Virus record (IMG/VR): IMGVR_UViG_3300044878_000136
Location: 1-61,231 of that record
Direction: 5' to 3' (one strand)
Source: a virus
Taxonomy: Duplodnaviria; Heunggongvirae; Uroviricota; Caudoviricetes
DNA: 61,231 bases
Shown here: in pieces, positions 1 through 10,065 of the stretch
Layout: each line of letters begins with the position of its first letter
Position numbering within the stretch: the stretch's first letter is position 1
Position numbers and translations under genes: made by a program
The notes under the pieces: generated by a model
What the model saw: the letters and a program-made list of their open reading frames with translations, nothing else
Databases searched by the model: none
What the model was told of the DNA's origin: nothing

Positions 1-411
1 ATCTTCGCCGGAGTCTTCCGCGGCGTAGACCAGGTCTTCGAACGTAGCGCCGACAGTCAGCTCAGCGCGCAGGCGCTCTACTTCCTGCTTGGTCAGCTCG
101 AAAGCTTGGGTCCAGTCCTTGCTGTCCACCAGACCCATCAGGCGCGATTGCGCACGGATCAGGGAGACGTTATCCAGGACGACGTCCAGCGCAGCCTGAC
201 GGGCACGCAGGGCCATCTGGATGCTGGACTGGCTGATTGCCTGACCTTGGTCGCCGCTGGCGATGGACTGGTCGTGGTTCTGGCGACGATCGCTATTGTT
301 GTTGCTCTGCTGATCAACTTCGAAAGTCATGGCGGGTTTCTCTTGAGTGGGCTGTTGGGTTTGTTGTGGTTGGTTTGGGCGTTGTGGTTGCCCGTGGAAT
401 CGTTTGCTCAT
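1..411 (-). CDS. hypothetical protein, runs off the window start; Q/P/N-rich N-terminus
   Basis: Manual translation MSKRFHGQPQRPNQPQQTQQPTQEKPAMTFEVDQQ...LVYAAEDSGED is open to position 1. GGGAG RBS lies upstream of the ATG at 411. Not in the ORF track because it has no stop in the window. Confidence 0.75.
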   Translation of the reverse strand, partial: MSKRFHGQPQRPNQPQQTQQPTQEKPAMTFEVDQQSNNNSDRRQNHDQSIASGDQGQAISQSSIQMALRARQAALDVVLDNVSLIRAQSRLMGLVDSKDWTQAFELTKQEVERLRAELTVGATFEDLVYAAEDSGED

Positions 412-486
412 TACACGCTCCCTTGCCGTTAGGCATGGTGATGGTTTACTTCGACCACGCCCAGCGAACTGAGCCGAAGAGGACGC

Positions 487-520
487 AGCACAAAGGCAGA
501 GGTTTTTACACCCCTGCCTA
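487..520 (-). terminator. hairpin with TTTGTGCTG tail (variant of the TATGC family)
   Basis: Minus strand reads GGCAGGGG-TGTAAAAA-CCTCTGCC-TTTGTGCTG, directly after the stop of 525..992. Confidence 0.6.
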
Positions 521-524
521 AGTA

Positions 525-992
525 CTATTGAATATTGCTAAGGAACTGGTCGATCGGGCGGATGTCCCAGAACATTCCTTCCCAGGTCATCGGCTTCGCA
601 GGATGCTCTTCACCGGTCAGGAATGTCAGCAGCTTGATAGCCCCTGCTTTGGTCGAGACTTCGTCGTGGAACTCATCCAAGGAGAGCTCAGGACGGAAGT
701 TCTCGTGCACCTGGAGCATCATGAGCGGGAAGATTGGGGATTCCATCTCCAGCTCGTAATGGTGGTCAGGCAGGTAGGCGAGAATGCGGAGATAATCCAA
801 GCTGCTCTCGGCAGAGGACCAACGCTTGGTCGGAGGAAAAGCCATCCCCACGACGATGCGGGGAGCTGGCACTTCTTCGTCCAGCGATTCTATCCGCTGA
901 CCCAGTTCATTGTCACACATGACGAATTCCAGGGTGTGGTGTTGAAGGACGTGTTCGAAGGCACTACGTTGGGTTGCTTGAGCCTGATGCAT
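525..992 (-). CDS. hypothetical protein
   Basis: ORF track entry. GGAGGT RBS supports the ATG at 992 rather than 1004. Confidence 0.75.
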   Translation of the reverse strand: MHQAQATQRSAFEHVLQHHTLEFVMCDNELGQRIESLDEEVPAPRIVVGMAFPPTKRWSSAESSLDYLRILAYLPDHHYELEMESPIFPLMMLQVHENFRPELSLDEFHDEVSTKAGAIKLLTFLTGEEHPAKPMTWEGMFWDIRPIDQFLSNIQ

Positions 993-1010
993 GGTTACCT
1001 CCACGGTAAA

Positions 1011-1196
1011 TCAAACTAATGATGTGGTTTCTTTTGCCGGGGTTGAGACGTCAAAGTCGTCACGGCGGTCATTGTAATGGCGGCCACAGAGATGGAAGGT
1101 CTCTTTCGGTGTGACTACGCGCGTGCTCGCAAACGAGCAGCAGTCTTCACATTCGATGCCTTGGCCGGTGCTAATGCTTTCGATTTTGATAGACAT
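1011..1196 (-). CDS. small putative zinc-binding protein (CxxC...CxxH)
   Basis: AAGGAGAG RBS before the ATG at 1196 (MSIKIES). Motifs CEDC and CGRH. Confidence 0.65.
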   Translation of the reverse strand: MSIKIESISTGQGIECEDCCSFASTRVVTPKETFHLCGRHYNDRRDDFDVSTPAKETTSLV

Positions 1197-1217
1197 CTTA
1201 CTCTCCTTATCATGGCA

Positions 1218-1225
1218 GTAATGTA
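1218..1225 (-). promoter_or_regulatory. early-promoter-like motif TACATTAC
   Basis: One mismatch from the phiKZ early consensus TATATTAC. Preceded by an AT-rich tract and upstream of a small-gene run. Confidence 0.55.
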
Positions 1226-1264
1226 CTGTCATAATTAATTTCAATCGATATTTTTGAGGTACTC

Positions 1265-2503
1265 ATGAGCAACGACTCGCCATGTGTTAACAGTACCTTT
1301 GAGAAACATTGTTCTCACATCATTTTTGATGCGAAGTTTCTGACAAAGGTAAAGGTCTACGAGCAACAGTTCGTAAACAAGAACGACACGCACATCGCGT
1401 TCTTCGGCGGAAACCTCATGGGCGTTCATCCTGTCCGCTTTAAGGACGAGGACCGTAACCGCTGGTTTAACGAAGTGATGGATGCTGACGAGGATTCGTT
1501 GGAGGATGATCTCCACGCCCTGCCTGCTATCCTTCCCCACCGCCACGTATCCAGCGACGTGATGAACCTGTCGTGCTTCTGGATGGCCCACAAGTTCCTC
1601 AGCTCTCCACTTCTGAACGAACAGCAGCGTTATGAAGGGGCTCTTGCTTCTATCCTGGTCGTGCAGTACAAGTTCATCACCTCCATCCTCACCGACTGGT
1701 TCCGCTACAACGCTGACCCGATTATCGCGCAGGCCACCTACGCAGCCCTCAACAAACGTTTCGGTTTGAAGGTGGCTGGTAGTTGGGGTGCCCTGCTACG
1801 TATCCGGGCAGCAGCGGTCGTAGGTAAAGGTGAGCTACACTATAAAGAACTGTTGTCATTTCTTAACGACGACAAAGTTGTATATATGGTGAACGACACT
1901 CAAGGTCGTATCAAGGACATCCTGAAGAACATCCGGGACGTCTTCACCATCGTTAAGAACAGTCCTGAGATGCAGATCCGTTCCAGTAGCTCCATGATCG
2001 AGATGGATGGCGAGTTGAAAGTGCGTGATAAAACACGACTCGTGTCTACCTATATGCGCTACATCCTGGAGATCCTTCCAGACAAGAACAGCTTCATGGT
2101 GCCGGAACTGATCGACGTGATTGCCAAGACTGTGCCTACGATGCCTAAGAGCTCGTTACAGGCGACTTTGCAATACATGTCCGCTAACTCCTCACCTCGG
2201 GCTGACAAAGACGTCCAGCAGCTTTGTACGGTCGTCCTGCAACACGCCTTCAACTACTTGGCTCGAAATCCTAACGTGATGGAGAACCAGAGTGACATCG
2301 GCGGGTTGCTGAAGAAGATGCGTGCACTCTACCAAGCCAGCCGTACCACCGATCCTCAGATCATGGAAATGCGCGAACTGGCTGAAGGGATTGCCCGTCG
2401 TACGCTGAAGAGCAAGAACGGTGTTCTCATCGCAGCTGTCCGCAACGCAGTACTGCTGTACATCCTCCTCCGCACATTTACCATGAAACACTATCGTCAA
2501 TAA
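1265..2503 (+). CDS. conserved phiKZ-like protein, probably virion-associated
   Basis: 412-aa ORF with GAGGT RBS and typical codon usage, next to the terminase block. Function not readable from the sequence. Confidence 0.7.
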   Translation: MSNDSPCVNSTFEKHCSHIIFDAKFLTKVKVYEQQFVNKNDTHIAFFGGNLMGVHPVRFKDEDRNRWFNEVMDADEDSLEDDLHALPAILPHRHVSSDVMNLSCFWMAHKFLSSPLLNEQQRYEGALASILVVQYKFITSILTDWFRYNADPIIAQATYAALNKRFGLKVAGSWGALLRIRAAAVVGKGELHYKELLSFLNDDKVVYMVNDTQGRIKDILKNIRDVFTIVKNSPEMQIRSSSSMIEMDGELKVRDKTRLVSTYMRYILEILPDKNSFMVPELIDVIAKTVPTMPKSSLQATLQYMSANSSPRADKDVQQLCTVVLQHAFNYLARNPNVMENQSDIGGLLKKMRALYQASRTTDPQIMEMRELAEGIARRTLKSKNGVLIAAVRNAVLLYILLRTFTMKHYRQ

Positions 2504-2515
2504 GGGAATAGCACC

Positions 2516-2857
2516 ATGACTCAGCATTATGTCGGTCGTAAAATCGTTCTGGCCTGGGAACAGGAAAAGGATGGTCAACCTGGCTACGCGGTCAAGTACC
2601 GTAACGGCCATATCTCCTGGTCCCCGAAAGATGCCTTCGATGAAGCACATCTGGTTGTGGGTCACGTAGGTCAGTTCACCTACGATCAACAACTGGTCAT
2701 GGCCGACATGGCTGAGTTCACTGCACGTCTGGAAGATCTGGAAGGCGTTCCTGGCGATCTGGCTGATATCGAGCGGGGCGTACTGCGTCTCTACATCGAC
2801 ATCACCCAGAAGAAGGTTGATGCGTTCAGTCACATCGAACACGAAGTCGCCGTCTAA
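2516..2857 (+). CDS. phage protein with GYxVxY...ISWSPKxxF domain plus helical C-terminal domain (crAss001_48-like architecture)
   Basis: YVGRKIVLA...GYAVKYRNGHISWSPKDAFDEAH followed by a helical hairpin. AAGGGA RBS. Confidence 0.7.
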   Translation: MTQHYVGRKIVLAWEQEKDGQPGYAVKYRNGHISWSPKDAFDEAHLVVGHVGQFTYDQQLVMADMAEFTARLEDLEGVPGDLADIERGVLRLYIDITQKKVDAFSHIEHEVAV

Positions 2858-3009
2858 TGGTCCGGCTTAGTCAGCTCGACCGTAGCAAGATAAAGCCACG
2901 TCCTCGTGAGTGGCACCTCCAACAGATACGGCGATTCCAGGAGGCTCAAGAGGCCCTCGAGAAACGATGTGCCGAGTTGGGTATCCCGGTTCCGGTCATG
3001 GTGTGTTAA
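2857..3009 (+). CDS. 50-aa micro-ORF
   Basis: TAATG overlap with the upstream stop. MVRLSQLDRSKIKPRPREWHLQQIRRFQEAQEALEKRCAELGIPVPVMVC fills the gap. Confidence 0.55.
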   Translation: MVRLSQLDRSKIKPRPREWHLQQIRRFQEAQEALEKRCAELGIPVPVMVC

Positions 3010-3069
3010 TGTAAGATTTTACACAGGGGTTTGATCTGGTGTTAATCCGCCAACTACCCAGGATGTAAA

Positions 3070-3411
3070 ATGAAAAACGTTGAACTCTCCTTCGCCAAGC
3101 CTATCATCAACCTCATGGCACAGCTGGTTGACGCCGATGGCGACATGACCGATTCGATCGCCAGCGTCAAGATCGTTGGTCTGAAAGGTCCTGCCGCCCA
3201 AGCGTTGGAAGTGGCTCCTGCTGAGTTGGTTGGCGCTGAAGGCCGTGAATGGGTGAAGTCCGCTTCGGTCGACGTTCCAAACATCGGCAAGTTCGGCATC
3301 GAAGTTGACACCCAGACTGGCACCACCAAACTGCACGCCGGTCAGCAGTTCGAAGCACTGACTCTGGTTATCGGCGTTGAGCTGGAAAACCTGAATCAGC
3401 GTCCAGCGTAA
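3070..3411 (+). CDS. hypothetical protein
   Basis: AGGA RBS, strongly biased codons, followed by a terminator hairpin. Upstream AAGATTTTAC resembles the phiKZ middle-promoter motif. Confidence 0.8.
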   Translation: MKNVELSFAKPIINLMAQLVDADGDMTDSIASVKIVGLKGPAAQALEVAPAELVGAEGREWVKSASVDVPNIGKFGIEVDTQTGTTKLHAGQQFEALTLVIGVELENLNQRPA

Positions 3412-3414
3412 TAC

Positions 3415-3457
3415 GCAGCATAGAGGCAGGGGTTTACCGCCCCTGCCTCTATGCTGC
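3415..3457. terminator. bidirectional hairpin with 18-bp arms; 3416..3457 is identical to 54249..54290
   Basis: GCAGCATAGAGGCAGGGG-TTTACCG-CCCCTGCCTCTATGCTGC between convergent genes. Confidence 0.85.
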
Positions 3458-5622
3458 TAACGTCCGCGGTTGAGGAACATGTTGTTCTTGAAACCACCAA
3501 ACAGTTGGTCGCGATGTTTGGACTTCGCAGCCGCTTGCTTGTTGTGCCGAGAGGTGTCGGAGTGTTTGTCGATGGACACGCCAGAATCGGCAACCTCCAC
3601 CGTCTTCAACTCAGACTTCATGACCTTCAACTTGGTCTCTAGGTACTTACGTTCCATGTGAGACTTGCTGTTGTCGATCTTCTCTTCCATCAGGTAGATG
3701 TCGTTGAGTAACTTCTCTTCCTTCAGGATACGCTTGCTTTCTTGCGGAGACTCAGCCGCCATGGTACGCAAACGACTCAGGATCGAACGGGTATTGATAC
3801 CGTAGTGATCCAGGTTACGAGCCGAACGCAGGAACCAGTGAGTCATGAGCCACGAGATTACATGGTCGTCGTGACCGCTGGAGGCGTGGTCGATGCGTCC
3901 ACGGCGTTCTACCAGTGTTGACAACTCATCGATCAGCGAAGCATCGCGAATCATGGTAGCCGTTGTTTCAGTGGCCACTGGCATGATGTCGATGTACAGC
4001 GCTTCACGCAATGGCCCGGATGTTGGGAAACCAAAGTCCGAACGGTACGGGAAGAACTTACGTTCCGTTGGGATGCCATGCGAGTACTCACGATAATCGC
4101 GCTTAGCGGCCTCAGAGGCCTCTGCACGGTCGACGACGCGAGAGTAGATGCGACGGCCAGGGTCAACGCCATTGATCGGCAGATCGATCAGCAGGTAGTC
4201 CAGGATGGTGATCCAAGTAGACTTGGCTTCAGGGATAACCGTCATCTCCTTGAATTCCTGCATGAACTTACTGAACCACATCGAGAAGCGAATCAAGTTG
4301 GACTCAGAAACCGAGAAGGCCAACAACACCTCACCCGTTTCGATATCCACCATGATGCCCGACATGCTGTCTCGTCCCACGGCGTTGGAGGTATCGAGAC
4401 CCAGTACCGATTTACGGCGCAGGGCTTCTTCCTTCGGCACATGGTAGCGCACGATGTACGATTCGTTCGACTTGTCCGTGATCGGCTCTTGGTTGAGACT
4501 CTTACGGATCTTGTTAAGGATCTTCTCCTTAATCGGGTTACTGGCCGAACCGAATGTCCACTGCCCCAGGTAGTCTCGACGGATCTTGTCTCGGGATGCT
4601 GGTACAGTGGCGATCTTCTCCCGCAACCATTCGTCACTGTAACCGAGTTGCAAGTGGTTGAAGGAGATGTCCACGTATGGCGCTTCCGACTTACTGTTAG
4701 CTCGGATAGTAGCCACGGCGTCTTTACGGTCAACGCAATCGTAAAGGATCTCACTGAAGAACATCGCGATCGACTTGATCTTCTCGAACACGTACTTACC
4801 GGAATCGGTGGACAAGTCACCGGCTGTAGTCGTGTAGAGAATGCCGTGCATGGAACCGTTTGCGCGGGCTTCGTCGAAAGAGGCTGTGGTTGCAGCGATC
4901 AGGGAAGGAATCGAGATCTCTGCGTACGGAAGGAATGGAACCTCGTCACCTGTTACCAGGGTTGGAGTTGTACCACGACCCACGCCGTTCGCTGCTTCAG
5001 GGTCACCCTGAGGAACGTAGGACTTGGTGCGGTTGCCACGGGACAGGGTGGTGAACTCATGCTGGTTGTCCGCGTCCTTAGGATGCAAGTACCACATCCA
5101 CTTCGGCAGCAGGTCCCGCATCAACTTGTATTCCTTGATCTCCTCTTTCCGAAGGTCGCCCTTGGTGAAGAGAATGTGCATGGAATCACGAGCTGCCACG
5201 TTGTGGAAGTAGTTCACCACAGCGCGGGTGTTCAGCGACTTACCGGTCTGACGGATTTGCTGGACGTAGGTAATGAAGGAGTTCATTACACACCAGAACA
5301 TGGCGATGTTACCGCGGTTAGCCCGCAGTGGGTGAGAGCCACCACCAGATTTGGCAGGTACCCGTTGGATCTCCCGGAAGAAGTACCAAGGGTTCTCCTC
5401 ACATTCCAGCATCATCATCTGGACGATGTGTTCAGGCAAGTTAGGATCAAACGGGTCCCATTTAGCAAGTTCCGGCTGGATCAAGGCGAGCATCATGTAC
5501 CAATGCTTGACACCCATCGTCCTGTATTTAGCCGCCATCTTCACCCAAGACTCGTTACGAGATTCGGTGTGAACAATCGCGTCGGGATACTTGTCCCAAT
5601 CCTTTTCGTACAAAATGGCCAT
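3457..5622 (-). CDS. terL: terminase large subunit (phiKZ gp25-like)
   Basis: Walker A IRQTGKS, Walker B VTGDE, motif III YTTTAG, nuclease motifs LGLDTS and HDDHVISW. 721 aa. Confidence 0.93.
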   Translation of the reverse strand: MAILYEKDWDKYPDAIVHTESRNESWVKMAAKYRTMGVKHWYMMLALIQPELAKWDPFDPNLPEHIVQMMMLECEENPWYFFREIQRVPAKSGGGSHPLRANRGNIAMFWCVMNSFITYVQQIRQTGKSLNTRAVVNYFHNVAARDSMHILFTKGDLRKEEIKEYKLMRDLLPKWMWYLHPKDADNQHEFTTLSRGNRTKSYVPQGDPEAANGVGRGTTPTLVTGDEVPFLPYAEISIPSLIAATTASFDEARANGSMHGILYTTTAGDLSTDSGKYVFEKIKSIAMFFSEILYDCVDRKDAVATIRANSKSEAPYVDISFNHLQLGYSDEWLREKIATVPASRDKIRRDYLGQWTFGSASNPIKEKILNKIRKSLNQEPITDKSNESYIVRYHVPKEEALRRKSVLGLDTSNAVGRDSMSGIMVDIETGEVLLAFSVSESNLIRFSMWFSKFMQEFKEMTVIPEAKSTWITILDYLLIDLPINGVDPGRRIYSRVVDRAEASEAAKRDYREYSHGIPTERKFFPYRSDFGFPTSGPLREALYIDIMPVATETTATMIRDASLIDELSTLVERRGRIDHASSGHDDHVISWLMTHWFLRSARNLDHYGINTRSILSRLRTMAAESPQESKRILKEEKLLNDIYLMEEKIDNSKSHMERKYLETKLKVMKSELKTVEVADSGVSIDKHSDTSRHNKQAAAKSKHRDQLFGGFKNNMFLNRGR

Positions 5623-5661
5623 AAATGGTGCACGACTGGGGTTTCCCCCAGTCGTCTCCTA

Positions 5662-7377
5662 TCAGTATTTGTGAACGGTCAGACCACTCACACCCAATTG
5701 CAGATCGCCATTGATCATGCGTTTGACCCACTTCAGGTAAATGGTGCCACCTTCGATCACGTCGTTGACGAAGACCGTTTTGGTAGCCCACTGACTGATC
5801 GGCAGTTCGAACGTCCGGGTGTTGGTAGTGATGATGACGTGTGTTGGCGTCGGAGCGCCTGGCTCGTTGGCGTTGTCGTACAGCGGGTTGGTCGGCAGGT
5901 ACAGAGCAGCCAGCCAATCTTCCAGCTTGGTGAAACCATTCGCCATTTCGATGTTGGACAAACCACCACCGGCGTTGGTCACCTTGGCCATCAGGTTGTT
6001 GCCGTACCAGTCTTGCTGGTTGGCAGAGAACTTCATCTTCCAGTTGGTCAACTTCTGACCACCGGAGCGGAGTAGGCTGACTTGGAACTGTTGGACGTGG
6101 ACGTAGTCGCCATACGCCGGATCGATCAGACCCATCGTCACACCGACCTTCATATTCTGAATGGTGGTGAAGTCGATGCCGTTGAACGGAGAGCTGTCCG
6201 GATGGAGCGACACAGCGTTACGCGGTACGCGCAGCGCAGTCTGACGAGTAGCGTCGTACAGCCAGTAGTCCAACAGATAGCCGTTGACGTCGTCTTTCCA
6301 GGTCGGGAAGGCGTAGAGCTTCAGGCTGTAAGCTGGATCGGACTCGATGCCACGGATCAGGTACGGTTCTGGAACACGGCCGTTGGCAGTCTGACCTTGC
6401 GTGTACGAGTATTCCTCGTTCTGCGACAGCTCGTAGGTCAGGGTCAGCGGTTGTTCGCGACCACCCACGGTTGGAGACCAGTACTTCAGGCCCATGAGCT
6501 TGAACTTGCCGTTCGCATCTTCGTCCACCACGTCCATGATGGCAACCGAACCATCGGTGTACGTGACTTGACCGCGCATTGCCAACGAAGCGGCAGTGAT
6601 GTTCACTGGCATCTCGATGACGTTTGGCTCGGAACTGGACAGACGGGAGCTGATCAGCTTGATCCCCTGCACACGCTTCTGTGCTTCGTCAGGACGACGC
6701 GTCAGGTTGGTGTTGTGGATCAGGAGCTTGTTGTAGTCGATCGGCGTACCGTGGATGTTGTACGTCACCGCAGTCACGACTTCGCTGTCGTTCAGCTTAC
6801 GGCTGGTGTAACCCATCTTCGGCACTTTCTCAGCGACGTTGTCCAGCTTGGTTGTCGCGTAGACTTCCAGCGGGATGGCATCGTTGACGTATTCGTTGTT
6901 CACGTAGTAGGCGCTGATGACTTCACCGGAGACCGACGTGTTCACGCCTTTGAAGATCCGGATCTCGTGAGCCTCGGAACCGCGGATGTGGAGTTGGTTA
7001 TCCACTTGCAGGCGGTGAGGGAACACACGAGTGTCGAGGTAGCAGCGCCAGGTTTCGCTAGCGTAGCCAGGACCAGTGCCCAAGAAGACATCCAGTTGTT
7101 CCAGAGTCGGACCTTCGTCCTTCTGTTCCCAGATGGCCAGCTCGGCGACGTAGGTGGTGTAGTCCACGCGACTAACGCGGAACCAACCCATCGCGAAATC
7201 GTGGACCAGGTCGTTCTCGTTCGGGACGTGTTTGCCAGCCTCGGTCTTGACGATAGCGTTACCGCTGTCGAGCAGACTGTACTGGTACAAGTCCTGAAGG
7301 TCGAACTGCAAGCGTCGACGATCTTTGTTGACGATAACGGAATCGCCGTTACCGAGGGGGATTGTGACTTCAGCCAT
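5662..7377 (-). CDS. virion structural protein (phiKZ gp26-like, baseplate region)
   Basis: 571 aa, beta-rich. Position fits the gp25-gp30 synteny of phiKZ-like phages. Confidence 0.7.
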   Translation of the reverse strand: MAEVTIPLGNGDSVIVNKDRRRLQFDLQDLYQYSLLDSGNAIVKTEAGKHVPNENDLVHDFAMGWFRVSRVDYTTYVAELAIWEQKDEGPTLEQLDVFLGTGPGYASETWRCYLDTRVFPHRLQVDNQLHIRGSEAHEIRIFKGVNTSVSGEVISAYYVNNEYVNDAIPLEVYATTKLDNVAEKVPKMGYTSRKLNDSEVVTAVTYNIHGTPIDYNKLLIHNTNLTRRPDEAQKRVQGIKLISSRLSSSEPNVIEMPVNITAASLAMRGQVTYTDGSVAIMDVVDEDANGKFKLMGLKYWSPTVGGREQPLTLTYELSQNEEYSYTQGQTANGRVPEPYLIRGIESDPAYSLKLYAFPTWKDDVNGYLLDYWLYDATRQTALRVPRNAVSLHPDSSPFNGIDFTTIQNMKVGVTMGLIDPAYGDYVHVQQFQVSLLRSGGQKLTNWKMKFSANQQDWYGNNLMAKVTNAGGGLSNIEMANGFTKLEDWLAALYLPTNPLYDNANEPGAPTPTHVIITTNTRTFELPISQWATKTVFVNDVIEGGTIYLKWVKRMINGDLQLGVSGLTVHKY

Positions 7378-7416
7378 TGTCGTATCCAGGTTAGGGGAGG
7401 TTGCCCTCCCCGATGG

Positions 7417-10062
7417 TTATTGACCTACAGATTCCCAGGTCCGATGTGGATGAGGGTGATCTTCCGCGTAATGCTCAAACCCTTCCTCAACGATGACCAA
7501 GTCGCGGGCGATCGATACACGACCGTCGAGCATGACTTTGATCACTCGGTCCAACAACCGATACTGGTAGATGTTGAGGTGGATCGGCTCATTCTCTGGG
7601 TGAGGATGGATGATGACGTGTTGGAGGTCGACTTCAGCCTTCAACGCAGGATCGTACTTGAGCAACCAGTCGTAACCCCGCATCCGTTCACGAAGGAAGT
7701 CCAGAGTGTATTCCTCTTTGAACTCATTCATGTTGATCACACCATCCACCATGTCGTAGATCAACTTGGTGCACAGCGGACTGTAGACGCGATACCACGC
7801 CGGGATTGGGTTCGGGATCTCACCAGGTTCCTGAGGGAGGTACAAGGACATGTAGTCCTCGATCTCTTTATCCACAGCCCACGACGTGGCACGCCAAGCG
7901 TAGGTGTCGATGTCAGTCAAGCCTTTCATCGGGATGATCGGATTGGTGACCTGATAAGGAGCGCCGTTCTTGATCGTCAGAGGTAGTGTTGCACCGTCCT
8001 CCGCCCAAGCCAGCTCATCACGGGAATACAGCTGACCACCGATGACCACACGGGACACTTGGTCGTCATGTAGGTTGAACCGGAAGTTCTTACTGACCTG
8101 ACGATGAGCAATGAAGCCCCAGTCATGTGCCAGCTCGCGCTTGAAGTCCTTATCGCAGAACCCACGCCCACGCACAGTCACGTACTGGACACGGTCTTCC
8201 AACAGGTACTCTTTGTTGACGATGCAGATCTCAGGCCAGGAGACGTAGTAGTCGAGGTTCTCGATCAACGTGCGTCCATTGAGGAACACATCGATCTGAC
8301 CAAACGGCAGCTCGACCATCGCTTCCAAGTCGGTTTCGTCATCGACGACGATCACGTCTTCTTTGGAGATGACGCTGAAGGCCAGCGCGCGGTCACGGTA
8401 GGACAACTCAAAGTTCTTGATGTACGTTTGAGTATCGCAGCGGATCGCAGCTTTCTTCTGAGCGAAGTTGATCTTCCACTTCACGACGCCATTGACGATC
8501 GTGTAGTACGTGCTGTCACCTGTCACGTCCTTCCAGTCATTGCGAGGGATGTTGTTCCAGATGGTGCAGACGTAGAAGCGGTAATCCACTTCGTTGGAGA
8601 CCGGATAGTCCACCACGTCGTAGATCGTGTAATCCGCCCCAGAGGCTTTACCCGTCAACGCTTCGAAGTAGATCGCGTTCGTGTTGTTAACGAGGTATTC
8701 CATTGAGTAATCATGCGGATACCAACCCAACAGCAGACCAGCAGCGTTATACTCAAAGACGGTCCCCTTCTTCACCGCGTTCCACGGGAGCTGCAACCAA
8801 CGAGCCAACTCAGACAACGGCATCTTCTGCGGCAGGTCTCCGACCAGGCGACTGATCGCATGGTAGCCCAAGGCATCACGCGCCAACGGACGATCGATCT
8901 GACCATCGAGTGCAGCGATCGCTTTGCAGTAAGCGCTGTTCTCCAGGTTAGCAGCCTTCCACACCGAAACGTGAGCATCCTCACCGACCATGGCGTTGAT
9001 ACGCTTCTGGTACGGCAGTTTGAACAGTTCCTTAATACGCTGAGCGTTGAACACCAACGGACGACGATACCCACCATGGCGAATCACGACTTCCACTCGG
9101 AGGTCGTGGTAGCCTTGCCAGAACTCTTCAGCCTCAATCATCGAGGCGATGTAGGCGGTCGACAGCGAGTAGTCCCGGTGGGTTACCATCCGGACGGAGT
9201 CTTCGTGGTTCTGGTGGTAGTACAGGCCGTCATAGACGAACTCTGTGGTGTAGCGCAGCACGAAGAAGTCGACATCGTCAACATAGTCGATCAATTGACC
9301 CAGTCCATCACGAGCAATGAGGTACTTGTCCTTATTGTCGAGGGTACTGACGAACGACTTCAGGTCAGCGAGCTTATACTCCTTGACCTCACGCACCGAG
9401 AGATCCCGGACGTACTCGAGGATGTCGCCTTGTTTGCAGGTGACGTTGTTGAGGTCCTTCACCCGCTTCCCGTTGACGTACGCCATGGCGTAGCCTGGGA
9501 CAGCAGCCTTAGCCGTCCGCCATTTCTGCTGATAGGCGTAGAAGCTGTTGTTGTCGGTGAAGGTGTAACCCTCGATCTCGATCCCTGCATCAATAGCCAC
9601 GGCATCGGCGCTATCGAACCAGGTGTTGCTGCGCCAGCGGATATAAGGCTGACGCGTACCGAGGTCCTTATCGACGATGGGCATGTCTGGGATAGCCAGG
9701 ATCATGTTGCCATCACGGGTGTACAAGAAGAAGCACTTGTGCGCTGGGATGCGCTTACCCGGACCGGTGTAGATGTCGATCAGCAAGGACGTGTTGATCG
9801 AGTGTGCACGAGCGGAGACCCACTTGTTACGGATCTCATCCATCCCCACGAGGAACGGAGGCAAATCACCAATCACGAAGACGTGGTAATAAGTGTTGAC
9901 CGTAGGGAGGTTGTAGTCACGTCGACCGATACGCACGTTCGCATACGCACCCCAATGCCGCGTTACACGCGTTGGAGCAACGATGTGTTGGCGGTCCATT
10001 CCTGGAGCACACCAGACATTGCGATTGACGTAGTCGACCAAGTAATCAGTCGAACTGCTCAT
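7417..10062 (-). CDS. virion structural protein (phiKZ gp27-like, baseplate region)
   Basis: 881 aa, N-terminal NVWCAPGMDRQ, synteny. Confidence 0.7.
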   Translation of the reverse strand: MSSSTDYLVDYVNRNVWCAPGMDRQHIVAPTRVTRHWGAYANVRIGRRDYNLPTVNTYYHVFVIGDLPPFLVGMDEIRNKWVSARAHSINTSLLIDIYTGPGKRIPAHKCFFLYTRDGNMILAIPDMPIVDKDLGTRQPYIRWRSNTWFDSADAVAIDAGIEIEGYTFTDNNSFYAYQQKWRTAKAAVPGYAMAYVNGKRVKDLNNVTCKQGDILEYVRDLSVREVKEYKLADLKSFVSTLDNKDKYLIARDGLGQLIDYVDDVDFFVLRYTTEFVYDGLYYHQNHEDSVRMVTHRDYSLSTAYIASMIEAEEFWQGYHDLRVEVVIRHGGYRRPLVFNAQRIKELFKLPYQKRINAMVGEDAHVSVWKAANLENSAYCKAIAALDGQIDRPLARDALGYHAISRLVGDLPQKMPLSELARWLQLPWNAVKKGTVFEYNAAGLLLGWYPHDYSMEYLVNNTNAIYFEALTGKASGADYTIYDVVDYPVSNEVDYRFYVCTIWNNIPRNDWKDVTGDSTYYTIVNGVVKWKINFAQKKAAIRCDTQTYIKNFELSYRDRALAFSVISKEDVIVVDDETDLEAMVELPFGQIDVFLNGRTLIENLDYYVSWPEICIVNKEYLLEDRVQYVTVRGRGFCDKDFKRELAHDWGFIAHRQVSKNFRFNLHDDQVSRVVIGGQLYSRDELAWAEDGATLPLTIKNGAPYQVTNPIIPMKGLTDIDTYAWRATSWAVDKEIEDYMSLYLPQEPGEIPNPIPAWYRVYSPLCTKLIYDMVDGVINMNEFKEEYTLDFLRERMRGYDWLLKYDPALKAEVDLQHVIIHPHPENEPIHLNIYQYRLLDRVIKVMLDGRVSIARDLVIVEEGFEHYAEDHPHPHRTWESVGQ

Positions 10063-10065
10063 GGA

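Noticed and set aside
106-521. Plus-strand ORFs of 108 and 94 aa
   Set aside because: They are antisense to a better-supported minus-strand gene with an RBS, and the 94-aa ORF also runs across a terminator.
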